From contig MFUJ01000016.1 of the NCBI GenBank assembly GCA_001785675.1, forward strand, positions 149 to 64,148: DNA of 64,000 nucleotides, given 5' to 3'. This document shows, piece by piece, positions 17,280 to 27,355 of this stretch. Each line of letters begins with the position of its first letter. Positions within the stretch are counted from its first letter, which is position 1. This DNA is from Candidatus Nomurabacteria bacterium RIFCSPHIGHO2_12_FULL_37_29 (lineage in GTDB: Bacteria; Patescibacteriota; Minisyncoccia; Phycocordibacterales; UBA9973). Under the pieces are notes generated by a model. It did no database searches and was not told the DNA's origin. It saw only the letters and a program-made list of their open reading frames with translations. The position numbers and the translations under genes were made by a program.

Positions 17280-19361
17280 TTGATGAAATCAAATATATTT
17301 GACAAGATTTCTTTTCTTTCTTTATTTTTAGTTGTTGTATTGTTACCATTTTTCTTTTTACCTTTCACTAATATCCCGATTGAAACTTTAAAAGGATTGC
17401 TTTTGGTAGTAGGACTTGCTGTTTGTATTATTTTTTGGGCCATAGCTCGTTTTTCTGATGGTAAAATCAGTTTTCCTAAATCTTTGATTTTAGTCGGAGG
17501 CGCAGGTATCATCTTGGCGTTTTTTCTTTCAGCTCTTTTTTCTGAAGCGTCCGGAATATCTTTTTTTGGCACAATTTTTGAGATAGGCACCTTCTGGTTT
17601 ATTTCTGCTGGTTTTCTTTTAATGCTTTTTTCTTCCATTATCTTTCGAAATCTGCAAAATGCCAAAATGCTTTTATCTGGAATAATGTTTTTTTCGATTA
17701 TCGTTTTGGTTTTTCAAGGCCTTCGTTTTTTTATGCCAGAGATTTTATCACTGGGAGTTTTAGGCGGAAAAACTGACAATATTTTGGGATCTTGGAATGC
17801 ATTTGGAATCTTTGCTGGGTTTTCTGCTCTTACCTCACTTTTGATAAGTGAATTTTTTTTGGTTACAAGGAAGACCCAATGGATACTTAGGATATTGGTT
17901 TTGTTTTCAATGGTATTTATTGCTGCCGTTAATTTGCTATTTGTTTGGGAAATTCTTGGAATTTTCAGTCTATTTATTTTTGTTTATAAAGTTTCTGTTA
18001 ACTCTAATGAAAAAGATGGCGAAGAGAAAAAAATCCATTTTCCAGCTTTTTCTTTTATCATAGTTATGATAACTCTCCTGTTTTTTATATCGGGAGCTTT
18101 TATTGGGGAAATCTTACCACGGCATCTAGGATTATCAAATACCGAAGTCAGTCCGTCTTTGGGGGCTACAATGTCAGTAACCAAATCAGTTCTCGCCAAT
18201 GATCCAATTTTTGGTATAGGTCCAAATAGATTCGGAGTTGCCTGGGCAATGTATAAACCTACCTCGGTCAATAATACTGTCTTTTGGGATGTTTTTTTTA
18301 ATTCTGGTTCGGGATTGTTGCCAACTCTTGCCTCTACTACTGGGTATCTTGGTATTCTCGCTTGGCTTATTTTCTTTATTTTGTTAATAGTCACTGGTAT
18401 GAGATTTCTTTTTGTTGGCATTAAAAGGATTATAAATCGTGAAATAATAGTATTTTTTTTATTATCTCTTTATTTATTTATTTCCTCCTTCTTTTACTCT
18501 ACAGGTTCTGTAATATTTTTATTAGCTTTTGCTTTTACAGGAGTGTTTATAGGTTTGTACACTTTTAATAGTCCGAATGGGAAAATTTCTATATCGTTTT
18601 TGGATGATCATAGAAAAAGTTTTTTTTCTATACTGCTTCTCGTAGTCGTTATAATTATTTCTGTTACCACTGCGTTTGAATACATACAGCGCTTTGCTTC
18701 TGTTTCCTATTTTAGAAAAACACTTTTGGCGTCAAACATTCCAGATGCCCAAGTATCCATAGGCAAAGCTATTTCACTTTATTCAAATGATCTGTATATG
18801 CGGACTTACGCGCAGATATATCTCATTAAATTAAATTCCTTAATTAAACAGGGAGTATCATTATCTGATGCAGATAAAGCTACACTACAAGCAAATTTAG
18901 ATCAAGCCGTGAATGGTGCGCAATTGGCGGTAACATATGATCCGAAAAATTATTTAAATTTTCAAGCAATCGGTTCTGTATATCAAACAGTTGCCTCATT
19001 CGGTGTTCCGGGTGCTTATAGTAAAGCGATCGAAGCGCACGAGATAGCATCGAGTCTTAATCCGAATAATCCGAGTATAAAACTATCTATAGCAAACGCT
19101 TTTTTTGCCGATGGAAAAATCAAAGAAGCCAAAGAATATGCGAAGATGTCCCTTTCCCTTAAGCCAGATTATATTGATGCTTTGATCACTCTTTCTCAAA
19201 TAGTAAAGAGTGAGGGTGATAATGCAAGTGCACTTTCTTATGCAGAGAGAGCGCTTGCCATTTCTCCCACGAATCAAGACCTGATACAATATATGGAATC
19301 TTTAAAGAATTTAAATGGAGCTACTAAAAAAGACGAAGACTCAGAAAAGAAAACACCATAA
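17280..19361 (+). CDS. O-antigen ligase-like polytopic membrane protein with C-terminal TPR repeats
   Basis: About 10 TM helices over the first 450 aa (Wzy_C-like architecture) and TPR-like repeats in the last 200 aa, e.g. AIEAHEIASSLNPNN...AKEYAKMSLSLKPDYIDAL. Confidence 0.5.
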   Translation: MMKSNIFDKISFLSLFLVVVLLPFFFLPFTNIPIETLKGLLLVVGLAVCIIFWAIARFSDGKISFPKSLILVGGAGIILAFFLSALFSEASGISFFGTIFEIGTFWFISAGFLLMLFSSIIFRNLQNAKMLLSGIMFFSIIVLVFQGLRFFMPEILSLGVLGGKTDNILGSWNAFGIFAGFSALTSLLISEFFLVTRKTQWILRILVLFSMVFIAAVNLLFVWEILGIFSLFIFVYKVSVNSNEKDGEEKKIHFPAFSFIIVMITLLFFISGAFIGEILPRHLGLSNTEVSPSLGATMSVTKSVLANDPIFGIGPNRFGVAWAMYKPTSVNNTVFWDVFFNSGSGLLPTLASTTGYLGILAWLIFFILLIVTGMRFLFVGIKRIINREIIVFFLLSLYLFISSFFYSTGSVIFLLAFAFTGVFIGLYTFNSPNGKISISFLDDHRKSFFSILLLVVVIIISVTTAFEYIQRFASVSYFRKTLLASNIPDAQVSIGKAISLYSNDLYMRTYAQIYLIKLNSLIKQGVSLSDADKATLQANLDQAVNGAQLAVTYDPKNYLNFQAIGSVYQTVASFGVPGAYSKAIEAHEIASSLNPNNPSIKLSIANAFFADGKIKEAKEYAKMSLSLKPDYIDALITLSQIVKSEGDNASALSYAERALAISPTNQDLIQYMESLKNLNGATKKDEDSEKKTP

Positions 19362-19444
19362 TCAAATAAATGAATAAATCCTGTGCGAAATTCACAGGAC
19401 ATATGTTATGCTGTAATAGTTATTAAATAATTAATTTCTACAGA

Positions 19445-21124
19445 ATGGAGAAGATTTTTAAGATTTTTAATAAAGAATATGTAAATATAAACCAAGCTGC
19501 GCTTCTTTTGGGGTGTTTTGCTTTCCTCTCTCAAATTTTGGCGTTATTTCGTGATCGCGCCTTCGCTCATTTTATTGGACCCTCTGCAACACTAGACATT
19601 TATTATGCGGCCTTTAGGATACCGGATCTTATATTTATATCTGTTGCTTCGCTTGCCTCGATCACTGTACTTATTCCTTTTCTAGTAGCAAAAATGAATG
19701 GTGATGCAGTAACAAGTGAAGCCCGAAAATTTTTAAATGATATTTTCACTGCTTTTTTTCTTGTGATGATAGGTGTTTCCATAACTGTTTTCTTTTTAAT
19801 GCCGTATTTAGTATCTTTTATTGCTCCGGGTTTTGATCCACTTTTGCAGACAAAAGTAGTTGTGCTTTCACGTATAATGTTGCTTTCACCTATTTTGATG
19901 GGACTTTCAAATCTTTTCGGGACAGTAACTCAGCTTTTTCGTAAGTTTTTTATTTATTCTTTAAGTCCCATTTTCTATAATTTAGGAATTATTATCGGTG
20001 TGATGTTTTTCTATTCTATTTGGGGGATTTATGGGTTAGCGATGGGAGTCGTTTTTGGGGCCTTGATGCATTTTATAATCCAGGTATTTGCCTCGACAAC
20101 TTTTGGATTTACGCCCCAATTTTCTTTTTCAATCAATTTTCAAGATATCAAGCGAGTGACGATGACTTCACTGCCAAGGACACTGGGCTTAGCTTTTAAT
20201 AATATAGCTTTGATTTCTATTATCGCTCTCGCTTCGTATTTGGAGAGTGGTTCTATCTCAATTTTTAATCTTTCATTAAATCTTCAATCAGTGCCCCTTA
20301 ATATTATTGGTATATCCTATGCAGTGGCTGCTTTTCCCACCCTAGCGAAGTCTGTTTCTCTCGGCAAAATGGATGAGTTTAAAGAACATCTTAAAGGAGC
20401 TGCTCGCGCTATCGTATTTTGGTCACTTCCAGTAATGTTTCTTTTTATTGTGGTTCGAGCGCAAATCGTAAGAGTTATTTTAGGTTCCGGGTCTTTCTCT
20501 TGGGAAAATACTCGATTAGTCGCGGCATCACTAGCAATTTTTTCTGTTTCAGTTGTTGCTCAGGGGATGATTGCTCTTTTGTCTCGAGCTTATTATGCGA
20601 AAGGTGATACAAAAACTCCACTCACAGTTAATCTGATCTGTTCTATTTTAATCATAATATTATCCTTTATTTTCATTAATCTTTTTGAGAATATGATTCT
20701 GTTTAGATTTTTTATAGAGTCCATACTAAAGGTTGCTGATATTTCTGGCACGCAAGTGTTGATGCTTCCGCTTGCATATTCTCTCGGTACGATTGTAAAT
20801 TCTATTGTTCTCTGGTTTTTTGTGAGACGTGACTTTATGAAAGGGGATTCCTTTATTACTAAAACTTTTTTCCAAAGTTTGGGCGCTGCGTTCTTCTTAG
20901 GACTTGTGGCATATCTCTCTTTAAATATACTTTCACCGATCTTTGGTACCACCACTTTCTGGGGTGTATTCTTCCAAGGTTTTATTTCTGGGATTTTAGG
21001 TATTTTTGTCGCTATTTTTGTATTGTATTTTTTGAATAATGAGGAATTAAAGGACATAGTAAAAACTTTTAAAACTAAATTCTGGCGTGCCAAAGTTGTC
21101 GCACCCTCTCAGGAGGGACTCTAA
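19445..21124 (+). CDS. murJ: lipid II flippase MurJ (MviN family)
   Basis: LGCFAFLSQILALFRDRAFAHFIGPSATLDIYYAAFRIPDLIF is the MurJ N-terminal signature. About 14 TM helices. Confidence 0.8.
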   Translation: MEKIFKIFNKEYVNINQAALLLGCFAFLSQILALFRDRAFAHFIGPSATLDIYYAAFRIPDLIFISVASLASITVLIPFLVAKMNGDAVTSEARKFLNDIFTAFFLVMIGVSITVFFLMPYLVSFIAPGFDPLLQTKVVVLSRIMLLSPILMGLSNLFGTVTQLFRKFFIYSLSPIFYNLGIIIGVMFFYSIWGIYGLAMGVVFGALMHFIIQVFASTTFGFTPQFSFSINFQDIKRVTMTSLPRTLGLAFNNIALISIIALASYLESGSISIFNLSLNLQSVPLNIIGISYAVAAFPTLAKSVSLGKMDEFKEHLKGAARAIVFWSLPVMFLFIVVRAQIVRVILGSGSFSWENTRLVAASLAIFSVSVVAQGMIALLSRAYYAKGDTKTPLTVNLICSILIIILSFIFINLFENMILFRFFIESILKVADISGTQVLMLPLAYSLGTIVNSIVLWFFVRRDFMKGDSFITKTFFQSLGAAFFLGLVAYLSLNILSPIFGTTTFWGVFFQGFISGILGIFVAIFVLYFLNNEELKDIVKTFKTKFWRAKVVAPSQEGL

Positions 21125-21174
21125 ACTCGTTTTCTGGGCTTTGAAATAAGGGCTTTTTCTGGTAGAATGGCAGA

Positions 21175-22932
21175 ATGTTTTCGGTTTCAAAAATATTTAA
21201 ATATATATGGCCTCATGCCAAAAAACATTGGGTGGCTTTTTCGCTGATGTTTTTAGGATACGCTGTTGGAATTATTTTCGACAGCATACTTAAACCTTTA
21301 GTTTTTAAATCCATAATAGATTTGTTTTCTTCCAATGTTTCAAGAGATTTAATTTTAAATCAGGCGCTACATTATTTTTTAATAATTTGTGTAATTGTCC
21401 TTATCCACAATGTTGGTTTTCGAGTAGGAGATTTTGCAACCTCGCGTTTTGAAAGTAAAGTCATGAAACGTCTTTATGATTTTACTTTTGAACAACTAAT
21501 GAAACATTCTTACCACTTTTTTTCCAATAATTTTTCTGGAAGCATCATTGCCAAGTCGAGACGTTTTACCAGGTCTTTTGAAACACTTACTGATATAGTT
21601 AGTTTCCAAATTTGGTTTTCTTTTATTACCTTGTCTGGAATTCTTATTATTTTATTCTTTAAAATTCCCATATTGGCTTATATCTTTTTAGTTTGGTCGG
21701 TATTTTATATTTTAGTTACATTTTTATTCATAAGAAAAAAAATCTTCTATGATATAGAAGAAGCTGCTGCTGACTCATTAGTTACAGGGCGCTTTTCTGA
21801 TGCAATAATGAATATATTAAACATAAAAATATTTAGTAGTGATAAAAAAGAAGAATTAAATTTTAAATTAGTTACTAACGACGAAGAAAAGAAGAGGAGA
21901 AAAGCTTGGTATTTTGGAAATTTCCAAAATATTGCTCAGTCAACAATGATGGCTACGTTACAAATCACTGTGCTTTTTACTAATATTCATTTTTGGTATG
22001 CAGGAAAAATATCATTAGGTATGTTCGTTTTGATTCAAACTTATATGTTTAGCTTGTTTGATATTTTATGGAATTTTGGAAGATCTTTAACAAAAGCCAT
22101 GAAAGCTATGACTGACATGCAAGAGGTTGTAAATATTTTTGATACGCCCATAGATATTGTTGACAAGCAAGTGCCTGAAAAATTAAAAATACATCAAGGG
22201 CATATCATCTTTAAAGATGTCTCTTTTGTTTATAAGGGCGGAATTTCTGTTTTCGAAAATTTTAATCTTGAAATTGCCCCAGGTGAACGTGTCGGTATCG
22301 TAGGACACTCTGGAGCAGGAAAATCAACCATCACTAAAATTCTCCTTCGTTTCGCAGATATATCAAATGGAGATATTACTATCGACGGACAAAATATAAA
22401 AAATGTATCCCAAAATGATTTGCGTTCCATGATTTCATATGTACCCCAAGAATCAATTTTATTTCATAGGACTATAGGGGAGAATATTGGCTATAGCAAA
22501 AACAATGCAACCAAAGAAGAAATTGCCGAGGTGGCAAAAAAGGCTCACGCCGATAAATTTATTTCTAAATTGCCAAAAAAATATGATACATTAGTTGGCG
22601 AGCGTGGGGTGAAACTTTCTGGTGGAGAGCGGCAGAGAGTGGCGATAGCTCGGGCGATGCTGAAGGATTCTCCGATACTTATGCTGGATGAAGCTACGAG
22701 CTCACTCGACAGTGTCAGCGAGTATTACATTCAGGACGCCTTCAACGAACTTATGAAAGGAAAAACTACGATAGTGATTGCTCACCGTCTTTCCACCATA
22801 CAAAAAATGGATAGAATAATTGTTTTAGATAAAGGACAAATCGTAGAACAAGGCACACACAAGACACTATTAGAAAAGTCGGGCGTGTACGCCGATCTAT
22901 GGAATCACCAAACTGGTGGATTTATGGAATAA
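21175..22932 (+). CDS. ABC transporter, fused permease/ATP-binding protein (MsbA-like type I exporter)
   Basis: N-terminal six-helix TMD. Walker A GHSGAGKST, signature LSGGERQR, Walker B ILMLDEATSSLD, and H-loop IAHRLS. Confidence 0.85.
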   Translation: MFSVSKIFKYIWPHAKKHWVAFSLMFLGYAVGIIFDSILKPLVFKSIIDLFSSNVSRDLILNQALHYFLIICVIVLIHNVGFRVGDFATSRFESKVMKRLYDFTFEQLMKHSYHFFSNNFSGSIIAKSRRFTRSFETLTDIVSFQIWFSFITLSGILIILFFKIPILAYIFLVWSVFYILVTFLFIRKKIFYDIEEAAADSLVTGRFSDAIMNILNIKIFSSDKKEELNFKLVTNDEEKKRRKAWYFGNFQNIAQSTMMATLQITVLFTNIHFWYAGKISLGMFVLIQTYMFSLFDILWNFGRSLTKAMKAMTDMQEVVNIFDTPIDIVDKQVPEKLKIHQGHIIFKDVSFVYKGGISVFENFNLEIAPGERVGIVGHSGAGKSTITKILLRFADISNGDITIDGQNIKNVSQNDLRSMISYVPQESILFHRTIGENIGYSKNNATKEEIAEVAKKAHADKFISKLPKKYDTLVGERGVKLSGGERQRVAIARAMLKDSPILMLDEATSSLDSVSEYYIQDAFNELMKGKTTIVIAHRLSTIQKMDRIIVLDKGQIVEQGTHKTLLEKSGVYADLWNHQTGGFME

Positions 22933-22970
22933 TGAATTAATGTCAAAGAGCATCTTTAATACCAAACAAC

Positions 22971-24830
22971 ATGGATTTAAAACACATTAGAAATTTTTCA
23001 ATTATAGCGCATATAGATCACGGGAAAAGCACCTTAGCAGATAGAATGCTTGAAATTACACATACCGTGCCAGAGCGGAAGATGCGTGATCAGGTGTTGG
23101 ACTCTATGGAACTTGAACGAGAGAGAGGGATAACCATCAAAATGCAACCCGTAAGGATGGTTTACCATCCTGGAGGTCCTGAAAGAAGTGAAGAGCAAGA
23201 ATATATACTAAATCTGATTGATACACCAGGGCATGTAGACTTTTCTTATGAAGTTTCCCGCGCTTTAAAGGCAGTGGAAGGATCTATTTTATTAATTGAT
23301 TCTACGCAAGGTGTGCAAGCGCAGACACTAACTACACTTGCTATGGCGCGAGATGGGGGCATAAAAATAATTCCCGTACTTTCTAAAATTGACTCACCTT
23401 TAGCTAGAATATCGGAGGTTAAAGAAGAAGTTGTAAAGCTTCTCCACTGTAGTAGAGAAGAAATACTGCAAGTTTCGGGTCGTACCGGAGAAGGTGTGGA
23501 TAATCTTTTGCAGGAAATTATAAAACGTGTTTCAGAACCGAAAGAAACTTACCCATTTCGCAACAGTGGTGGTGAAGTGAGTAAGAATGAAAATAGGAGT
23601 GATAATATTTTGCGTGCTTTAGTTTTTGATTTTAAATATTCTAATCATAAAGGAGTTATTGTTTTTGTACGATTACTTGATGGCAGAGTAAAACGAGGTG
23701 ATAATTTGATTTTTGCGGTATCGGGCGAGAAATTCAATGCGTTGGAAGTCGGCACTTTCTCACCAGAAGAGACTCCACAGGACTATCTCTCGTCTGGCGA
23801 TATTGGTTATATTGTCACAGGTATTAAAAAGCCGGGCATTGCTTCTGTCGGAGATACTATTACAATGTTAAAAAATCCGCTACCGGCGCTTTCTGGCTAT
23901 ATGCAACCTATGCCAGTGGTCTGGGCTTCCGTTTTTCCAGAAGATGCGGATGATTTTGCCGAACTTAAATTGGCGTTGGGAAAATTGCGACTTTCGGATT
24001 CCTCTTTTTCCTATGAAGAAGAGTCCTCTGGGTCTTTAGGTAGGGGGTTTCGATGTGGTTTCCTTGGAATGTTGCATCTAGAAATTATTACAGAGCGGTT
24101 GAGACGGGAATTCAATTTGAACTTGGTTGTTACCACCCCGTCTATTACTTATGAAGTGGTCAACAAACAAGGGAAGAAAGAAAAAATTTATTCACCGTTT
24201 TTTTTTCCAGATGACGGAAATATAGAAACCATATTTGAGTCCTGGGTAAATTTGAAAATAATTACTCCAGTAGAATATGTTGGCAGTATTATGCAAATTC
24301 TTTTTGACCATGAGGCAGAAGTGGGCGATACGGAGAATTTCGGGGACAGTCGTTCTACAATCTCGGTCAAAATGCCACTGCGCGAGCTAATGCGCAACTT
24401 TTTTGATGAATTAAAAAGTGTTTCCTCTGGCTATGGTTCCATATCTTACGAAATATCAGGGGAGCGTGAAGCTGATGTCACAAGGCTTGATATTCTGGTG
24501 GCAGGTGAAGTAGTACCCGCTTTTTCTAGAGTGGTTTCTAAAAAAAGGGTAGAGGAAGAAGCTCAAAAAGCAGTGGAAAAATTAGAAGCTCTTTTGCCGA
24601 GGCAAATGTTCACTTTAAAGATTCAAGGTCGCGCACTCGGACGCATCATTTCATCTGCCACTCTCTCTGGTATGAAAAAAGATGTTACCCAGCACATGTA
24701 CGGAGGTGACATTACTCGTAAAATGAAACTCCGTGAGAAACAAAAGAAAGGAAAAAAGAAAATGAAAGAAAGAGGACGGGTAAATATTTCACAAGATGTA
24801 TTCTTAAAAATGATGCGTAGCGGAGAGTAG
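22971..24830 (+). CDS. lepA: elongation factor 4 (LepA)
   Basis: [39 protein letters not shown], and the LepA-specific Lys-rich C-terminus. Confidence 0.9.
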   Translation: MDLKHIRNFSIIAHIDHGKSTLADRMLEITHTVPERKMRDQVLDSMELERERGITIKMQPVRMVYHPGGPERSEEQEYILNLIDTPGHVDFSYEVSRALKAVEGSILLIDSTQGVQAQTLTTLAMARDGGIKIIPVLSKIDSPLARISEVKEEVVKLLHCSREEILQVSGRTGEGVDNLLQEIIKRVSEPKETYPFRNSGGEVSKNENRSDNILRALVFDFKYSNHKGVIVFVRLLDGRVKRGDNLIFAVSGEKFNALEVGTFSPEETPQDYLSSGDIGYIVTGIKKPGIASVGDTITMLKNPLPALSGYMQPMPVVWASVFPEDADDFAELKLALGKLRLSDSSFSYEEESSGSLGRGFRCGFLGMLHLEIITERLRREFNLNLVVTTPSITYEVVNKQGKKEKIYSPFFFPDDGNIETIFESWVNLKIITPVEYVGSIMQILFDHEAEVGDTENFGDSRSTISVKMPLRELMRNFFDELKSVSSGYGSISYEISGEREADVTRLDILVAGEVVPAFSRVVSKKRVEEEAQKAVEKLEALLPRQMFTLKIQGRALGRIISSATLSGMKKDVTQHMYGGDITRKMKLREKQKKGKKKMKERGRVNISQDVFLKMMRSGE

Positions 24831-25027
24831 ATTAATCCACGTTTCTTAAAATTTTTCAAGATAGGGCCTAGTTCTAAAAGTCTACTTGAGACTAAATATG
24901 GGAGAATACAATAAAATCATACTAACGATGATTAAAATACCCAAAACCGTCCAAATCATTTGTATTTTCTTTTGATGTTTTTTATTGAAAAGCATATACT
25001 TAATGAGTATAGCATGTTTTTTAAATT

Positions 25028-25402
25028 ATGAGAAATTTCGAACAAAAAAGAGGATGGAGAAACATTTTACAATCAAGACCTATTTTGGTTCTTTTGGGTA
25101 TTTTAGTGATAATTTTTGCTTATGGTGTTATTGGTTTTATGGGTAAAATACAAGTTACCAGAGAAAATAGAAAAATAGCCGAAAATAAGATTGCAGAATT
25201 AAAACAGGAAAAAGACAAGCTAACATTAGATATTGCTAAATTAAAAACGGATGAAGGGGTAGAAGAAAGCATCCGTGATAAATTTGGTTTAGCAAAAGAA
25301 GGAGAGGGTATGGTGGTAGTAGTGGAAAACAAAAATAAAATAGAAATACAAGATACAAAATCCGGAGGATTTTTCTCTTTTTTTCGAAACTTATTTAACT
25401 AA
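25028..25402 (+). CDS. septum formation initiator family protein (FtsB/DivIC-like)
   Basis: A single N-terminal TM helix followed by a coiled coil (KIAENKIAELKQEKDKLTLDIAKLKTDEG) and then FGLAKEGE. Confidence 0.55.
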   Translation: MRNFEQKRGWRNILQSRPILVLLGILVIIFAYGVIGFMGKIQVTRENRKIAENKIAELKQEKDKLTLDIAKLKTDEGVEESIRDKFGLAKEGEGMVVVVENKNKIEIQDTKSGGFFSFFRNLFN

Positions 25403-25443
25403 CTGGTGCGGGATGGGGTAATCGAGCCACTACATAGCCAGGT

Positions 25444-25476
25444 GCTTTTCCGCTGGTGCATGGAAAAGCCTTTTCG
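25444..25476 (+). terminator. rho-independent terminator after the ftsB-like gene
   Basis: 8-bp stem gcttttcc/ggaaaagc with a 10-nt loop, followed by CTTTTCG. A second hairpin, gcaagcaaa/tttgcttgc, lies at 25486-25507. Confidence 0.45.
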
Positions 25477-25551
25477 ATTCCCCACGCAAGCAAAGCAGTT
25501 TGCTTGCTATCCCTTACTTTGTGCGGGATGGGGTAATCGAAACCCCGTCTA

Positions 25552-25736
25552 ATCCTTGGGAAGGACTCATTCTACCACTAAACTAATCCCGCATGACTTA
25601 AATTTATCACAAAAACATCCTCGCAGACTTGGAAATACTCATTCTACCACTAAACTAATCCCGCAGTATGTAAATTTTTTCAACAACGATCCTTTAGACT
25701 TGGAAATACTCATTCTACCACTAAACTAATCCCGCA
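25552..25736. repeat. degenerate ~71-bp tandem repeat (3 copies), CRISPR-like in layout
   Basis: Two exact 40-bp copies of GACTTGGAAATACTCATTCTACCACTAAACTAATCCCGCA (25626-25665 and 25697-25736) plus a 5'-degenerate first copy ending at 25593. The 31-32-bp spacers resemble each other (taaattt..ca(a/c)aa.a.cgatcct). A 20-bp direct repeat gtgcgggatggggtaatcga also occurs at 25406-25425 and 25521-25540. Confidence 0.6.
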
Positions 25737-25817
25737 ATTATTTAAAATATATCCTTATTTGGCCTTTAGAGCAAGTATGATATAATACTAATATTATAAA
25801 TTATTCGTATTTTTTTT

Positions 25818-26051
25818 ATGAAGAATGTAACAATTTATTCGACCCCGTCCTGTCATTTTTGTCACATGGCGAAAGAATTTTTTAAAGCAAATAATATTTC
25901 CTACATTGAACACGATGTGGCAGGGGATGCTGAACAAAGGAAGATTATGATAGAAAAAAGCGGGCAAATGGGTGTGCCGGTCATAGTTATTGACGAAGAG
26001 CTTGTGGTGGGCTTTAATAAGCCTAAAATTATCCAATTGCTCGGACTTTAA
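25818..26051 (+). CDS. glutaredoxin-like protein (NrdH/Grx family)
   Basis: IYSTPSCHFCHMAKEFF contains a CxxC active site. 77 aa with a thioredoxin-fold layout. Confidence 0.7.
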   Translation: MKNVTIYSTPSCHFCHMAKEFFKANNISYIEHDVAGDAEQRKIMIEKSGQMGVPVIVIDEELVVGFNKPKIIQLLGL

Positions 26052-26082
26052 TTTATTTACAACAATACCTTGTTCTCTATAG

Positions 26083-26157
26083 GCCCTCGTAGTTCAATGG
26101 ATAGAACAGTTCCGTCCTAAGGAATAGATGCACGTTCGATTCGTACCGAGGGCACCA
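26083..26157 (+). tRNA. tRNA-Arg (anticodon CCT)
   Basis: Cloverleaf: acceptor GCCCTCG/CGAGGGC, D-stem GTTC/GAAC, anticodon stem GTTCC/GGAAT with loop GTCCTAA (CCT), T-loop TTCGATT. CCA is encoded. Confidence 0.75.
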
Positions 26158-26196
26158 GAATTAGGTTTTAAAAAATTTTATGTTAAAATAATTTCT

Positions 26197-26919
26197 ATGA
26201 AGACAACACTTGAGACTGGTGAGCACGGAAGAAGAATTCCAAACCCAGAAAAGACAGGAGTGTTTCGACGTCTTAAAGAGTCAATAATATCTGGCAATTA
26301 CAATTTAAGAGAGTTAAAGGGTGCACTTACACAGGAGTCAATTACAGTAGCACAATATGCCGAACTAGCTTCTCTGCTTTTAGAAAAACTTGATAAGAGG
26401 GTTGAGATTGATGCCCTGACGGGTGTCTTTAGTCGCGCATCTTTAGAACTCAAACTAAATAGGTTGAAAGAAGAATTAAATTCTACTGAAGGGAGACGAA
26501 AATTACCTGTACAGTCAATTATGGTTATTTTTTTAGATATAAAAGAATTTAAAAAATTAAATGATACACATGGTCATCTAGCTGGTGATCAGGCATTGGT
26601 TGTCGCAGCAGAACGTTTTAAAGGGGTTACAAAGAGGGGCGATATGATATTTAGAGTGGGGGGTGATGAATTTCTAATAGTGTTACCCATAACAGACAAC
26701 AACCCTGATCTACTGCAGTCAATTTTTCAAAGGATTCAAGAGCAGATCAATACCAATTTATCTTTCAGTAAAATAGAACCTGATGGCAGTCAGAGTGAAA
26801 CTATTACTTTTTCTATTTCAATTGGACATGAAGTATTAAATAGGGGAGATGAGACAACAGTTAAAGAAATACTAAACAAAGCTGATCAAAAGATGTATCT
26901 AGATAAAAAAAGCCAATAA
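26197..26919 (+). CDS. GGDEF-domain diguanylate cyclase
   Basis: DALTGVFSR, HGHLAGDQAL and FRVGGDEFLIVLP. The start is moved from 26128 to the ATG at 26197, because the longer ORF overlaps tRNA-Arg. Confidence 0.7.
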   Translation: MKTTLETGEHGRRIPNPEKTGVFRRLKESIISGNYNLRELKGALTQESITVAQYAELASLLLEKLDKRVEIDALTGVFSRASLELKLNRLKEELNSTEGRRKLPVQSIMVIFLDIKEFKKLNDTHGHLAGDQALVVAAERFKGVTKRGDMIFRVGGDEFLIVLPITDNNPDLLQSIFQRIQEQINTNLSFSKIEPDGSQSETITFSISIGHEVLNRGDETTVKEILNKADQKMYLDKKSQ

Positions 26920-26976
26920 TTTTATCTAAGACACTACAATCTTTTATTTTATAAATTATTGTGCTAAATTATATTT

Positions 26977-27234
26977 ATGGATCCTGAATTCAAAAAGTTG
27001 CTAGAAGAGACCTTTGAGCTTGCTAAAGAGAATAATGACATGTTGCATTCCATGCGGCGCTCGATGCGTCTTCAGCGGATTATGAGTATTCTTTACTGGG
27101 TGTTCATAATTGGTTCTGCTGTTGGCGCTTATTATCTTATTCAGCCTTATATAGATCAATTAACGAATATATACGGTGGAGCGAGAAGTGATATTGATAA
27201 TTTTAATTCCCTACTTCAAAATTTTAAGAAATAA
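26977..27234 (+). CDS. hypothetical small membrane protein
   Basis: 85 aa with a central TM helix (ILYWVFIIGSAVGAYYLI). Confidence 0.35.
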   Translation: MDPEFKKLLEETFELAKENNDMLHSMRRSMRLQRIMSILYWVFIIGSAVGAYYLIQPYIDQLTNIYGGARSDIDNFNSLLQNFKK

Positions 27235-27272
27235 AATTAACAGCAAAAAGAAAGTTTTTTAAAAAAAACATT

Positions 27273-27348
27273 GCTTGGGTAGCTCAGTTAGTAGAGCATT
27301 CCCCTGAAGAGGGAAGGGTCGGCAGTGCGATTCTGCCCCCAAGCACCA
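27273..27348 (+). tRNA. tRNA-Phe (anticodon GAA)
   Basis: Acceptor GCTTGGG/CCCAAGC, D-arm GCTC-AGTTAGTA-GAGC, anticodon stem TTCCC/GGGAA with loop CTGAAGA, T-arm GGCAG-TGCGATT-CTGCC. CCA is encoded. Confidence 0.85.
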
Positions 27349-27355
27349 AAATTTC

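Noticed and set aside
17228-17665. 145-aa minus-strand ORF
   Set aside because: Completely overlaps the start of the + strand polytopic membrane protein and is Lys-rich low complexity, typical of AT-rich antisense.
25552-25736. Possible minimal CRISPR array (40-bp repeats, 31-32-bp spacers)
   Set aside because: Only three copies, the first degenerate. The two spacers are about 65% identical to each other, so this is a tandem duplication rather than acquisition. No cas genes or leader-like AT tract in the window.
26128-26196. Longer start for the GGDEF ORF (MHVRFVPRAPELGF...)
   Set aside because: This extension is tRNA-Arg(CCT) read as protein. The start was moved to the ATG at 26197.
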